DNA of 63,582 nt, filler included, from Octopus bimaculoides (lineage: Eukaryota): NCBI RefSeq assembly GCF_001194135.2. It is 4 parts of 4 records of this genome, joined end to end, with 100 filler letters (N's around TTAATTAATTAA, not from the genome) between each part and the next. Parts side by side here need not be neighbours in the genome. Positions count along the whole stretch, not along the records: positions 16,885 to 29,487 come from NC_068992.1; positions 29,588 to 61,050 come from NC_068986.1; 2 more parts are not named here. One strand, 5' to 3'. Of this stretch, positions 27,953 through 40,111 are shown in pieces (the stretch's first letter is position 1; the number at the start of each line of letters is the position of its first letter). The translations under genes were made by a program, and so were the position numbers. Under the pieces are notes generated by a model, which was given only the letters and a program-made list of their open reading frames with translations, was not told the origin of the DNA and did not search any database.

Positions 27953-28946
27953 TTAAACACAAAGTATTGAAGTTCAAATGGGCTGCAGTAACATCAGATG
28001 AAATGCAAACTCAGTGAGTGATAAATGTTTTAAGAAAAGGTTTTGAAATGTCAACTGCACAAACATCACTTGTTTCTCTCTCCATCAGAGATGCTGTCAT
28101 CCAGTGATAGGCTCAATGGAAGCCCATAGCTAATGCATTTGTTCACAAATGCATGACATAAATAGGTAAAGCAAAAAAGACTTTCTAAATCTAATATAAT
28201 TTAGCATTTACATTTCGTTGCTAGTTTCTCTATTCATGTGAGCATTGTGCAATGTTTAGCAATGCTGGACAAGGCAAAAAATGAGATGTCCAGTCCTCTT
28301 AAACACATTCAGCCTCATGTGTTAGTAATAGACAACAGTGTTGAAAGCTTTGAAATCCCTTATATAACTTCTTAAGCCACTTTCTTAACTACCTTGTGAA
28401 ACAAAGGAATAATAAATTTGTTCTGCTTAAAAAAAGAGAGTCAAAGAAACCTAATCATTTATGGTAAGTGACACTATCAAGAGTATTCACCTTTTATATT
28501 TACATTTCTTAATTTCATTCACAGCCTTCAACGAACATAAGGTTTCCTTCAACCATCACAAATCAACTGCTACTCACAGCATGTGAACTTATAAATTTTA
28601 CAATCTAGAATTTAATTATTAAAACTTTTTAACGTAAAGTGAAATCTATCATGATATGCATCAAAAGGAGTTATCAGAAGGTTTGAGATAAGTTCTTAAA
28701 ATGCCTGGTAGCACGTTACAGTCTTGATTATATAACATATCTAAGAAACACATTTACACAGAATCTTTAGAGTATCTGACAGTCTGAAGAATGTAACTGA
28801 GTCAAAACTTCAAAGTCACCATCAGCAATTTCTGCTTAAAAATATGAATGCATATATATATATATATATANNNNNNNNNNNNNNNNNNNNNNNNNNNNNN
28901 NNNNNNNNNNNNNNNNNNNNNNNNNNNNNNNNNNNNNNNNNNNNNN

Positions 28947-29307
28947 CCACATGGTTCTGGGTTGAGTCCCACTGCGTGGCACCTTGGGCAAGTGTCTTCT
29001 ACTATAGCCTCGGGCCGACCAAAGCCTTGTGAGTGGATTTGGTAGACGGAAACTGAAAGAAGCCCGTCGTTTATATGTATATGAATATATATATTTGTGT
29101 GTCTGTGTTTGTCCCCCCAACATCGCTTGACAACCGATGCCGGTGCGTTTACATCCCGTAACTTAGCGGTTCGGCAAAAAGAGACCGATAGAATAAGTAC
29201 TAGGCTTACAAAGAATAAGTCCTGGGGTCGATTTGCTCGACTATAGGCTGTGCTCCTGCATGGCCGCAGTCAAATGACTGAAACAAGTAAAAGAGTAATC
29301 AGAGTAA
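28947..29307 (+). mobile_element. Young copy of the most abundant SINE in the window (head + microsatellite + tail)
   Basis: AGTCCCACTGCGTGGCACCTTGGGCAAGTGTC...GCATGGCCGCAGTCAAATGACTGAAACAAGTAAAAGAGT. Diverged copies near 3150, 3800, 5525, 8290, 9200, 12420, 27245, 38995, 45890, 47470 and 53860. Confidence 0.9.
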
Positions 29308-29339
29308 TGTCCAAAATGAACCAGGGACCACTTGATTCG

Positions 29340-29487
29340 AGCATGGAGATGATTCAGATCTCATATAGAAGCAGTTGTTGAAGATGAAGGTGGCTTTATT
29401 GAATAACATTATAGAAAAGAACGTTTATTTTATCCTCATAGCATTTTTTGATAAATAATGTTGTTATCTGTTATTACATGTTTTTTA
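29340..29487 (+). mobile_element. 3' end of a DD37D (maT)-like transposase
   Basis: IEAVVEDEGGFIE* terminal motif, cut off by the scaffold end. Confidence 0.55.
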
Positions 29488-29587
29488 NNNNNNNNNNNNN
29501 NNNNNNNNNNNNNNNNNNNNNNNNNNNNNNNTTAATTAATTAANNNNNNNNNNNNNNNNNNNNNNNNNNNNNNNNNNNNNNNNNNNN
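29488..29587. other. Artificial scaffold-joining spacer
   Basis: 44 N + TTAATTAATTAA (29532-29543) + 44 N. Confidence 0.95.
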
Positions 29588-29929
29588 CACACTCGCGGTC
29601 GGTATCGCAACCGAGACGACGGCCTTTCGATCGCACCGGTGGTTGGCCGGCGGACCTTCGCCGCCTGAACCTCCTCCGCTTTCTCTTTGCTCCTAATCGC
29701 TTCCGATCGCTCGCCGGCATCCATCTCGGCCGCGGCCGCCGCTTCCTTCTCGACCTGCTGCTGTTTCTTCTCGCCCGCGCCTCTCAGCCTTTCCTGGCGT
29801 GCGTAACACACGGACACACACACTCGCGGTCGGTATCGCAACCGAGACGACGGCCTTTCGATCGCGCCTGCGCTCCGCCGGTGGAACTCCGTCGCCCGAC
29901 CGTCTTTCCGCCGCCTAAGCATTATATTT

Positions 29930-30680
29930 GCAGATCCACCGAATGTTGAACATTGTTAATGCATTCAAGCGTTCTTGCACCATTGTAGACCGAAAGTATT
30001 TTTTAATTTGTCTTAGGATACTATGGCCATTAAGACAGAAAAATGCGAAACTCGATGAGGATAATATTTGGGGAAACATTGCTCGATCTCAATTTATTTT
30101 CTTTAATTTTGAAATTCACAGCATGAACATTTTTTAAGAAGTACTCACCTTTCTGGCACATCAGTTGTGTATATCACTTAAAACAATTGAAATTGATTAA
30201 CTTTCTGTAGTGCGCATTCTCATCTAATCGCTTAAAGTTCCACGTACAAATCAGTGACATGTAAGACCGATAAAATCAATATACGCTTAATTCTGAAGTA
30301 ATTTCGTACATAATTTTGCGTTGTGAACTCCCCTTCAAACTACAAAAGCTATCTGGCATATCAATTTTGATTGGAATATGCCGTAAATATTCCATTTCTG
30401 TCTCAGTTTCAGAATATTTTCTTATATTGCATGAACGTTGTCCCTAGTCACATGTAATGTGAACTTCACAAAGTTTTAGTTTTATGTTGGTTTCTTGAAA
30501 CATTCTGAGAACTTTAATGTAATTGGCAGACATCACTACATATTCAATGATATCCAAGTATTTTGTGATACTCCGCAGCTCAGACTTACACTCTACTGCC
30601 AAGTAGTGATTTTCCTCAATTCTACCGATATCCAAATTCCGTGCAATTGACGTAACACAGTCAATCCCCACTGACTGTCT
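29930..30680 (-). mobile_element. Decayed hAT transposase C-terminal half (ZMYM1-like, with dimerisation domain)
   Basis: ILRQIKKYFRSTMVQERLNALTMF matches the hATC motif (KTYLRSTMxQERLNxL). The upstream frame 30149-30671 has only 3 stops in about 174 codons. Confidence 0.7.
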
Positions 30681-30715
30681 TCTTTAATATTTTTATGCAG
30701 TAAGACAGAAAGGGA

Positions 30716-30940
30716 AGGGCGGGCGAGCTGGCAGAGATGTTAGCACGCCAGGTGAAATGCTTAACGGTATTTCGTCTGCCGCTACGTTCTGAGTTCAAAT
30801 TCCGCCGAGGTCGACTTAGCCTTTCATCCTTTCGGAGTCGATTAAATAAGTACCAGTTACGCACTGGGGTCGATGTAATCGACTTAATCCGTTTGTTTGT
30901 CCCCCTCTATGTTTAGCCCCTTATGGGCAATAAAGAAAGG
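30716..30940 (+). mobile_element. Second abundant SINE family
   Basis: GGCGAGCTGGCAGA..GTTAGCACGCC..TTCTGAGTTCAAATTCCGCCGAGGTCGACT.GCCTTTCATCCTTTCGG. Further copies near 34826, 35085 and 39690, and on the minus strand near 48530-48740 and 49080-49480. Confidence 0.88.
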
Positions 30941-31567
30941 GAAGGTATTCTTTCTAATGTTGAAAATTGGTATATATACATATTTCATCTATTTTGGTTA
31001 TAATATCATTTTTAATTATCTTAAATTTTATCTTTATACAATATTGTTTATTAGCGTCTTGCCCCTTTAACTGTTCTATTTATCTATTTNNNNNNNNNNN
31101 NNNNNNNNNNNNNNNNNNNNNNNNNNNNNNNNNNNNNNNNNNNNNNNNNNNNNNNNNNNNNNNNNNNNNNNNNNNNNNNNNNNNNNNNNNNNNNNNNNNN
31201 NNNNNNNNNNNNNNNNNNNNNNNNNNNNNNNNNNNNNNNNNNNNNNNNNNNNNNNNNNNNNNNNNNNNNNNNNNNNNNNNNNNNNNNNNNNNNNNNNNNN
31301 NNNNNNNNNNNNNNNNNNNNNNNNNNNNNNNNNNNNNNNNNNNNNNNNNNNNNNNNNNNNNNNNNNNNNNNNNNNNNNNNNNNNNNNNNNNNNNNNNNNN
31401 NNNNNNNNNNNNNNNNNNNNNNNNNNNNNNNNNNNNNNNNNNNNNNNNNNNNNNNNNNNNNNNNNNNNNNNNNNNNNNNNNNNNNNNNNNNNNNNNNNNN
31501 NNNNNNNNNNNNNNNNNNNNNNNNNNNNNNNNNNNNNNNNNNNNNNNNNNNNNNNNNNNNNNNNNNN

Positions 31568-31870
31568 TTGTGAGTGTTTGTTGAGCGAAAACACCTAAAG
31601 CTCCACGAGGATCTGGCAGGGGATGGTGGCGAACCCTGCTGTATTCTTTAACCACGACTTTCTCTCACTCTTTCTTCCTGTTTCTGTTGTACCTGTATTT
31701 CAAAGGGCCAGCCTTGTCACACTCTGTGTCACGCTGAATCTCCCCGAAAAGTATGTTAAGGATACATGTGTCTGTGGAGTGCTCAGCCACTTGCACGTTA
31801 ATTTCACGAGCAGGCTGTTCCGTTGATCGGATCAACTGGAACCCTCGTCGTCGTAACCGACGGAGTGTCG
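31568..31870 (+). mobile_element. SINE, same family as 44-425
   Basis: Near-identical body and tail CTGGAACCCTCGTCGTCGTAACCGACGGAG. Confidence 0.85.
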
Positions 31871-32119
31871 CGAATAGCTAACTATAGTTGTTGTCTCATT
31901 ATGTAATTCGTTGTTCGTGCAATGCTTTCAGTGGTCAGTGATGTTTATCTATCTATCGTTTTGTTGTTTTGAAGTCTTAAGCATATTCATTTGCAGTTCA
32001 GTATTTACCCTATTTCTTTGTGATACACACACACACACACACCCACACACACAAACATATACATAGGTACGTACATACCTATCTGCATATATATTACTTA
32101 CATAAATACATACATACGT

Positions 32120-32625
32120 ACAAACATGCTCTCTTCCTGATGACTCCCCATTCAACCCCAAATCAGTTGGACTAGCAGACAAAAGAAAGACCATGCAAAG
32201 GTATGTTTCTCGTAGACTTGAAGAAGATAGTAACATTGACATGAAGCGAAGTCTCTCTTGGACTCGTGACCGCTAAATCACATCACACATCGCAAGCTAC
32301 GCATTTGCAATCCCAGAAGAGGAGATTGCTACTAAATGCCTCATCAACAAAAGAGACAGTGAAGCAGTTGGAGTTTCAAGATGCAACCGTAAATGTAGAT
32401 TATGTCATATTTCTGTGGAAGACATCACACGTGATTAGCAGCTGCCAAAAAATGTCATTAATGTATTATCTCCCTTTGCGACATGATGTTGTCGCAAAAA
32501 CAATATACCATGCCATTCAGAAAAATGTCTGTCCTGGAATAAATATAGAGAACCCCGCTTTTATTTAATACGTGCACAAATACAAGCACAAGGAATACTG
32601 GTGGAATATTCGAAAAATCTGCCAA
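32120..32625 (+). mobile_element. Fragment of a restriction-like-endonuclease (R4/NeSL-type) non-LTR element, CCHC knuckle region
   Basis: CRLCHISVEDITHVISSCQKMS..YYLPLRHDVVAKTIY...KEYWWN across a frameshift. Confidence 0.7.
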
Positions 32626-32639
32626 GTGTAAGCATAGCA

Positions 32640-34420
32640 GACTGGATAGCAGAGTGAGGGTGGCAGTGCTGTTTAGGAAAGGCCTAGATCTCGAGGTACG
32701 GACGATCTTCCCGGACCCAGAAGATAAGTTGGTGGTCTTGGATGTGAGTAGTAGAGAAAGTAGTGCTTTCAGACAAGTCGCTGTGTACGCCCCAACCGGG
32801 ACGGGACAGCCAGATTTCTTCGGACGTTTGGCGGTTTTCCTTGGGACACCTCGCTCTTTAGTTTTAATTTAGTGGGCGACTGGATGGCCATTTTGGGGCC
32901 AGCCGATAGCAGAGAGGGATGCAAAAGTCTCGCAAACCTGTTCAGTCGTTTCCAATTGGCTGACAGATACCGACTGAATTTCCCGAATGTGCCAGTGTGG
33001 ACATGGGTGAGCAGCACCGGGTCTATCAGATTGTATTTAGATAGGCTATTCTGTAGGCCAGTAGATAGAAGTAGCATAGGTTGTCCACAGTTCAAAATCG
33101 TCGGCTACATAGACCACAAATTTGTGATCTGCACAGTCGACCTAGATAGGATCCATAGGCAGGGCCCCGGGTACTGGAAGCTGAATGTATCTTTCCCTGC
33201 GCACCAAGCATTCAGAAACCAGGTTAGCAAGTTAGTCCATCGGAAGTTGGCGGGCGCAATCATCAACAATCGCTGGTGGATTGCCCTGAAAAGGGCTATT
33301 AGAGTAGAAGCAGTAGGATTTATTAAGGAAATAGCCTTATAGGGAGAGCTAGTTAGAAAGCTAGAAGAGGCGCTCAGGAGAGGCATCGTGACCTACGTGC
33401 TGGCGGTGAGATTGGCGCTTGATCAATTCTTCAATGTCAAGCATAAGGGTTGCGTTGTCAGAGCAAGGGTGCGTGCTCTAAGGCATGAAGTGACGAAAGC
33501 CGTTCGCTGGGCTCAAGTGACAGAGGTGCAACGTGGCAACAAATCCACAATTCGGTCTTTGAAGGGCCGGGACGGGCACATGCTACACGAGTCCTAGAAG
33601 ATGTGTACAGAATTTCAGCAGCATTTCGCCCAACTGTTCGGGGCGCGCGGTGTGTCGGGGATGGAGGTGGATTTCACCTACCTAGACGGCATGCCGCGCC
33701 TTTCGACCAAGGATGCAGAGTTTTGCGAAAAGCTGATACCAGCAGAAGACATACGGGATGCGATGACGATCTGCACAAGGGAGAAGTCTCCGGGGCTGGA
33801 TGGTCTGCCCTTCGAGCTTTATCTTAATATACCAGACTTGTTGGGGAATCTCTTGGTGGGTGTCTACCACGTCTGGCAGCAGAACAGGAGAATACCCAAT
33901 GCTGTGAGTCGTGGCGTGGTGGTTATGGTGAGAAAGGACCCGAACAAGGGGAACGAAATAGATAATTTTAGGCCTATAACTCTGCTAAACGCAGATTATA
34001 AGATCTTGGCCAAGGTGTTAGCCAAGAGGTTGGCGCTTGTCGTCGGTAAGCTGGTCGGTAACGCGCAGGCATGCGCTATTCCGAACACATCTATCAACGA
34101 CAACTTCTACCTCACACGCTACATCATAGAGACCATCAATATTTGGAGGCTGTCCTCGCGGCGGCCGGCTTCGGTACCGTTTCCAGAGGCTGGATCGCTG
34201 CAATGTATAACAGCATTTGTTCGGTGGTCAGAGCAAACGGCCATCTATTGGTCGCTCGGTCCGTCAAGGATGCCCACTCTCTCCCCTTCCATACGTGCTG
34301 GCTCTCGAGCCATTACTGGGGAAGTTAGATACTTCAAGGGGCATCCCTTGTGATCTAGGGTGCGAAAGCTCCGTGTCGGCACATGCGTACAACGTCACTG
34401 TAATAGTGTCGGGCAGCTCA
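32640..34420 (+). mobile_element. Tx1/L1-clade LINE ORF2 fragment (APE endonuclease + RT), decayed
   Basis: AVYAP, GDW, YLDR, DHK, GPGYWKLN, KSPGLDGLPFELY, NFRPITLLNADYKILAKVLAKRL, SVRQGCPLSP. Internal deletion near 34140. GC-rich relative to its flanks. Confidence 0.92.
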
Positions 34421-34439
34421 GAAAGGAGCCCATTCTTTG

Positions 34440-34745
34440 GCCTCCTTCCGTAGAAGAGTAATATCTGGTCGGTTATGTTGCAACATCTTATCTATGTAGA
34501 TTGGCGTATACCATGCGAGTCTCCTTCTGATCACTCTCTGCTACTGGCAAAGGTTGGTGTTCATACCACTTGTTGCAACATTCTAACCCTCATTTCCTAC
34601 ACAACTCCCAGTGTATTCGTACTTCCATTTTGTCATGGTGTTTTTTGTACTCCTTTTGGGTCAGTTTTGAGCATCCGCAAATCATGTCTAACTGTCTCAG
34701 ACGATTTTTCACATGATCTACACAAAAGTCTATCATTATTAATGT
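34440..34745 (-). mobile_element. R4/Dong-type non-LTR fragment (zinc knuckle)
   Basis: CRSCEKSSETVRH..CSKLTQKEYKK.HDKM..RIHWELC..KWYEHQP across frameshifts. Confidence 0.75.
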
Positions 34746-35431
34746 TGTTGTTGGGGTCTACGTAATCGACTATCACTCTGCTACAACATTTCAGGCCTTG
34801 TGCTTATCGTAGGAAGTTTTATTAATGGCGGCAAGCTGGCTGAATCGTTAGCAAGCAGGACGAAATGCCGCTAAGCATTTCGTCCGTCCTTACGTTCTGA
34901 GTTCAAATTTCGCTGAGGTCGTCTTTGCCTTTCGTCCTTTCAGGATTGTTAAAATAAGTACCAGTGAAACACTGGGGTCGATGTAATCGACTAATACCCT
35001 CCCTAAAAATTTCAGGCCTTGTGCCTTCAATAGAAAGGATTATTATTATTATTATTATTATTATTATTGTTGATGTTATCAAAAGCGTCGAGCTGGCAGA
35101 AACGTTAGCACGCCGAGTGAAATTATTAGCAGTATAACGCCTGCCGTTACGTTCTGAGTTCAAATTCCGCCGATGTCAACTTTGCCTTTCATCCTTTCGG
35201 GGTCGATTAAATAAATATCAGTTACGTACTGGACTCGACATAATCGACTTAATCCCCTCCCCCAAGCTGCCCTTGTGTCAAACATTTGAAACCATTATTA
35301 TTATTATCATCATCATTTATGGTTTCTTTTCATTATAACTTTATTTCAGCTGCCTTAGTACCGGGCATCCCCCGGAGGCCAAGAGTAGCAAGGGCACTTT
35401 TGTTTTGCTATGCATGCTAAAATTATCACCA

Positions 35432-35467
<36 letters not shown>

Positions 35468-36713
35468 GAAAGGATTGAGGTAACTCCTCCTGAAGATATA
35501 GAGTCAAAATTAAAAGAAGAGTGCCATTTGCTATCTCGTGAACTGAACAATATTTCGACATCTTGCGTGTCTTCCACTGGTTCAAAAAATAAATTTGTCA
35601 NNNNNNNNNNNNNNNNNNNNNNNNNNNNNNNNNNNNNNNNNNNNNNNNNNNNNNNNNNNNNNNNNNNNNNNNNNNNNNNNNNNNNNNNCAGGAGGAGTTA
35701 CCTCAATCCTTTCTATATAAACGAAAATGAAGTAGATTGACAAATTTATTTTTTGAACCAGTGGAAGACACGCAAGATGTCGAAATATTGTTCAGTTCAC
35801 GAGATAGCAAATGGCACTCTTCTTTTAATTTTGATATTATTATTATTATTATTATTTTATCATAAGTATTTCAGTTCTCATAAAGAATTTAAGACAAAAA
35901 AAAAATATGCATATTTGTATTGTGTTTTTGTTTTTATTCCTGTTTACGTCTGAAAATTTTTGGTGAAAATACGTAAACACGTACACACATACATATAAGC
36001 ACACATACATAAATATACACACTCACAAACATGCACACACGCACACGCATGCATACATGTACATACATACATACATATTAGCATTCTCCAGACCCTAAGC
36101 CATTATTCAGTTTGACACGAGAGTCTTTTAGTTCTTTCTACTGATTTTAGAGTCAGAAATTTTAGAGTAAGAAATTTTTCATATTTTAAAAAATTGCAAA
36201 CATCTTTTTCAGCTGAAAAATTCATTGAAAATGTATTAATTATCTTCAGTGTATTTTTCAAAATAAGTAATAATTCTTAATTCTTTGTTGTTTTTTTTTT
36301 AATGCATTTTTATTTCATCTTTGAGCTAAAAGTTAATTGTATTTAATTCAAATTAAGATATTTTTTTCTATATCAGACTTTAAAATGTTTCTTTAATCCT
36401 CACTTCTTTGTGAAATCTATTATTTGTTAATAATTCAAATATATTAATCCAACATACTGAAGTTTTTAAACCGAAGATATAAAAATGCTTTTCTGTATGT
36501 TTGGATCGATTTCTTAGATTAAAGCCTCGAAGGAGATGGCCAAGCATAGCCGCCGTCCAATGACTGAAACAAGTTAGAGTTAAGAAATATTACTTTTTAT
36601 ATAAGTAGACTTCGTTTAATCCTCCGTAAGCACTGATCATAGGAGCCTTAAGTCGATAATATTCCAACCGTGAACACCCAGCCATTTTTCTACGAATTCG
36701 GTTTATGTTTGTT

Positions 36714-37030
36714 AACGCGCTTGGCTTAGTGTTTAAGGTATTTGGCTCACGATAGTAAGCTCGTAAGTTCGATTCCCAGCGAGAGTTATGTCCTTGAGCA
36801 AGACACTCCATTTCACGTTGCGTCAGTCCACTCAGCTGACAAAAATGAGTTGTACCTGTAATTCAAAGGGCCAGCCTTATCATATTCTGTGTAATGCTGA
36901 ATCTCCCTGAGAACTACGTTAAGTGTACGCTTGTCTGTGGAGTACCCAGCCATTTGCACGTTAATTTCCCGAGCAGGTTGTTCCGCTGATCGGATTAACT
37001 GGAAATAACGTCGTCGTAACCGACGGAGAA
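36714..37030 (+). mobile_element. SINE with a different head/core but the same 3' half as 31568-31870
   Basis: tRNA-like head (GTTCGATTCC) plus shared TTCAAAGGGCCAGCCTT...GTCGTCGTAACCGACGGAG. Confidence 0.75.
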
Positions 37031-37067
37031 CCAAGCCAGTTAATGCTTGATTATACATCAGATAATA

Positions 37068-37921
37068 TGCGGTACATTCAGAAAGTATGTGACTTTATTT
37101 TTTTCTCGCATAACTAATGTCGCATGGGTAAAATCCTTCGGACTGGAGGTGACGCCACCGTTCCTGCGCATGTGTAAAAAGTTTTGCACCGGTAGGCCGC
37201 GTCAGTTCTCAATTGTTACGCCTAGCGTACAGACAAGTAGTGTGCGCTCGTCGGATATTCGTTTTCACATTAGCTGACCGAACGCATCGAGCAGAGATAT
37301 TGCATCAAATTTTGTCAAAAGCTTGGTGACACTCAAGCTCAAACCACCCATAAGACTAAACAGGCCTTTGGTGATGATGCTTTGGGAAAAAAAAAACGGT
37401 CAGGCAGGCTATCCACAAACCGGAACGAGGAACCGATTGAGAAGGTTCGGAGAATAGTCATGGAAGATCGTCGTGTAACAATCCAGGAAATTGCTCACGA
37501 AGTGGGAATAAGCACAAAATAAGTTCATTCCATTTTAACGGAAGGTTAGTGCATGCGGAAAGTGTCGGCGAATTTCGTCCCCAAGGTAGGGAAGCAACTC
37601 CGCATAGACATGGATCAGGACATGCTAGACTGCAAACTACGACTCAGACATCATGAAGACCATCATCACTGGTGATGAGACATGGGTTATGGTCTCTGCT
37701 CAATGCCTTCGGTCATCTTGCGTGAAAAAGAATATCTGGCGAGCGCGCTCTACACGTCTGTACTTTAGGTATAACAGGCAGGAACTGACGCGCCTGCTGG
37801 CACGAAACTTTTTACGCATGCGCAGGAAGGGTGATGTCATCTTCCTCCCAAAGAATTTTGCCAACATGGTATTTGTTTTGGCGAGAAAAAATAAAGTCAG
37901 ATACATTTTGAACACACCTCG
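37068..37921 (+). mobile_element. Internally deleted mariner with long (about 140-150 bp) imperfect terminal inverted repeats
   Basis: TA on both flanks. Transposase remnants ERIEQRYCIKFCQKLG, EDRRVTIQEIAHEVGIS and KTIITGDETWV. The ends are inverted homologues (GACTTTATTTTTT(T)CTCGC; TTCCTGCGCATG(T/C)GTAAAAAGTTT; GCGTCAGTTC). Confidence 0.85.
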
Positions 37922-39191
37922 TATATTTAGTAATACGCTAGTCTTAGGCAAGGTGCCACTTTAGGTGACTTGGGCTAACCACGTGTTTAGCCCAAGTCAC
38001 CTTGTAAGTTAATTTGATAGATGGAAAGTGCAGAAACCAATGTTTTGTATGTGTATGTGTGTGCGTGTCTTTGTGTTTGCACTCAAACTGTTGACAACTG
38101 GCGTTAGTTTGCTTGCGCTCCCGTAAATGAATAGTTCAACAAAGTGAACGACAGAACAAATATCAGACTTAAAGAGTAATACTGGGGCCTACTTGATTCT
38201 GGTCATGCCCTAATCTGCCTATAGTTTAATGAGCGAAGCAGATAAAAGAATAAAAGACTATGAAAATGTATGAAGAATTAATACAAAACAAATAGAGCGA
38301 ATAGGCGAACAAGAGTACACGAAATATAGTTTTTAGTTTTAGTGAAGAGGAAAATTGAGTGAGTTCGGTGTCTCACTACGAAGAGACATCCTTATTAGCT
38401 GTTTAACTGTTTTTCGCTATATGCTAGTCAGAGGAGAAGGAGGAGGAGAAAGAGTGGGATAGCGGCCATACACTTTTGCAAACTCTCTCACATAGGTGAA
38501 ACTGATGCGGTTGATACTCATCCAGAATACCAGAAAGTCAACGAGTGCAGGACATAGGGTCCAAATGTTTGTAGCAGAGTAAACTCAGCCAGAAGCATCC
38601 AGAGGACCAAGTAGTGATGATAAGCTCGTTAACACTGCCATCTATGAATAAAAGCAGAGGCTAACTCAGTGAATTAGAACGTTTTCTAATAACGTGAATT
38701 TGTGGGCTCTAACCTCATACACGCGGTAGTGATGGGGGTTTCTTTGGGTGATATTTCGAACTTCAAGTACGAGCAGTCAAATGCCATTCAAACCGCACCA
38801 CGCCGTCTTACAAAACTACAGGGCACATTAGATAATGCAGTTCTACATACCTCTAAAAGACGGAATGGTCACGACTGAAATACCTTTGATTATATGTCTG
38901 TTAATAATCATCAAGATTTCTGTTTCCATAACAGGATCAAAGGAAGGCATTTAACTAATGAAATCAATTCAGCACATGGCTTACCTTTTACCTTTTCAGT
39001 CATTAGACTGCGGCCATATTGGGGCTCCACCTTGAAGTGTTTAGTCGAACAAATCGACCCCAGCACTGATTGTCTTTTTTTTGTAAACCTGGTACTTATT
39101 CTATCGGATTCTTTTGCTGAACCGCAACGTTATGGGGATGTAAACAAACCAACACCAGTTGTCAAGCAGTGGCTGGGGACAAACAGACTTT

Positions 39192-39231
<40 letters not shown>

Positions 39232-40111
39232 CGCATATGTGTATGTATGTGACGCTCTTTCAATTTCCGTCTACCAAGACGATTGCCCAAAGTGCCACGC
39301 TGTGGGACTGAACCCGGAACCTTGTGGTTGGGAAGGAAACTTATTATCACGCAGCCACACCTGCGTTTATCCTGGGAAAGATTAAAAGACAAAGTCGGCA
39401 TCATGAGGGATTGAACTCAGAACGTGACGTAATAAATGCCTTAAAATGTATACGTAGCTCTATAAATTCTGCAAGTAATAGTTTGTAGATACCTTGTATT
39501 TACTTTTTATTGTTTTCCAACCGTCAACAATTGTGAGAACAATTTGGAAATATATGACCAAACTAAAGTATAGAACCAAACTAAAGTATAGAACCAAACT
39601 AAACTCAAGCGCTTAATCAATTAAAAACTAATGTTTTTATTTATGAGTAATTTGCGGACAGTAGATTAGCAAACTCGTTAGAGCTTCGGACAAATTGCAT
39701 ATGTGATATTTTCCAGATCATAGCGTTCTGAGTTCGAACCCCACCGAGGTCAACATTGCCTAATAATCCTTCGAGTCGATAAAATAACGTACCAGTCAAA
39801 TATTGAAGTCGATTTCGTTGCCTATTCCCCTCCCAGATTTTTAACTCCATACCTACGTAAGAAATGATTACTATTCATTTCGATATTTAGCTACTCTAAT
39901 GCAATATGAATTTATGGAGAAGAGAGCAATCGATTCAATCGACCCTAGTATTTAACTGGTATTTATTTTGTCAGGTTCTGAACTCAGAACGTGAAGGTAT
40001 GTAATTAAACATTGCATGCCGTTTTATCTTTCTTCTCTCCGATTCTGCAATTAGACTTCTCTTTTTTTTCTACTGTAACGTAGAACCTAAAATGGTGTAT
40101 GATATATAGTT

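Noticed and set aside
30149-30671. 174-codon frame with only three stops (TAG, TGA, TGA) ending at a perfect GTGAGT donor. I considered A-to-I stop recoding or selenocysteine readthrough.
   Set aside because: The sequence just downstream encodes the hAT dimerisation motif (KKYFRSTMVQERLNAL), so a decayed hAT transposase explains the stop depletion more simply.
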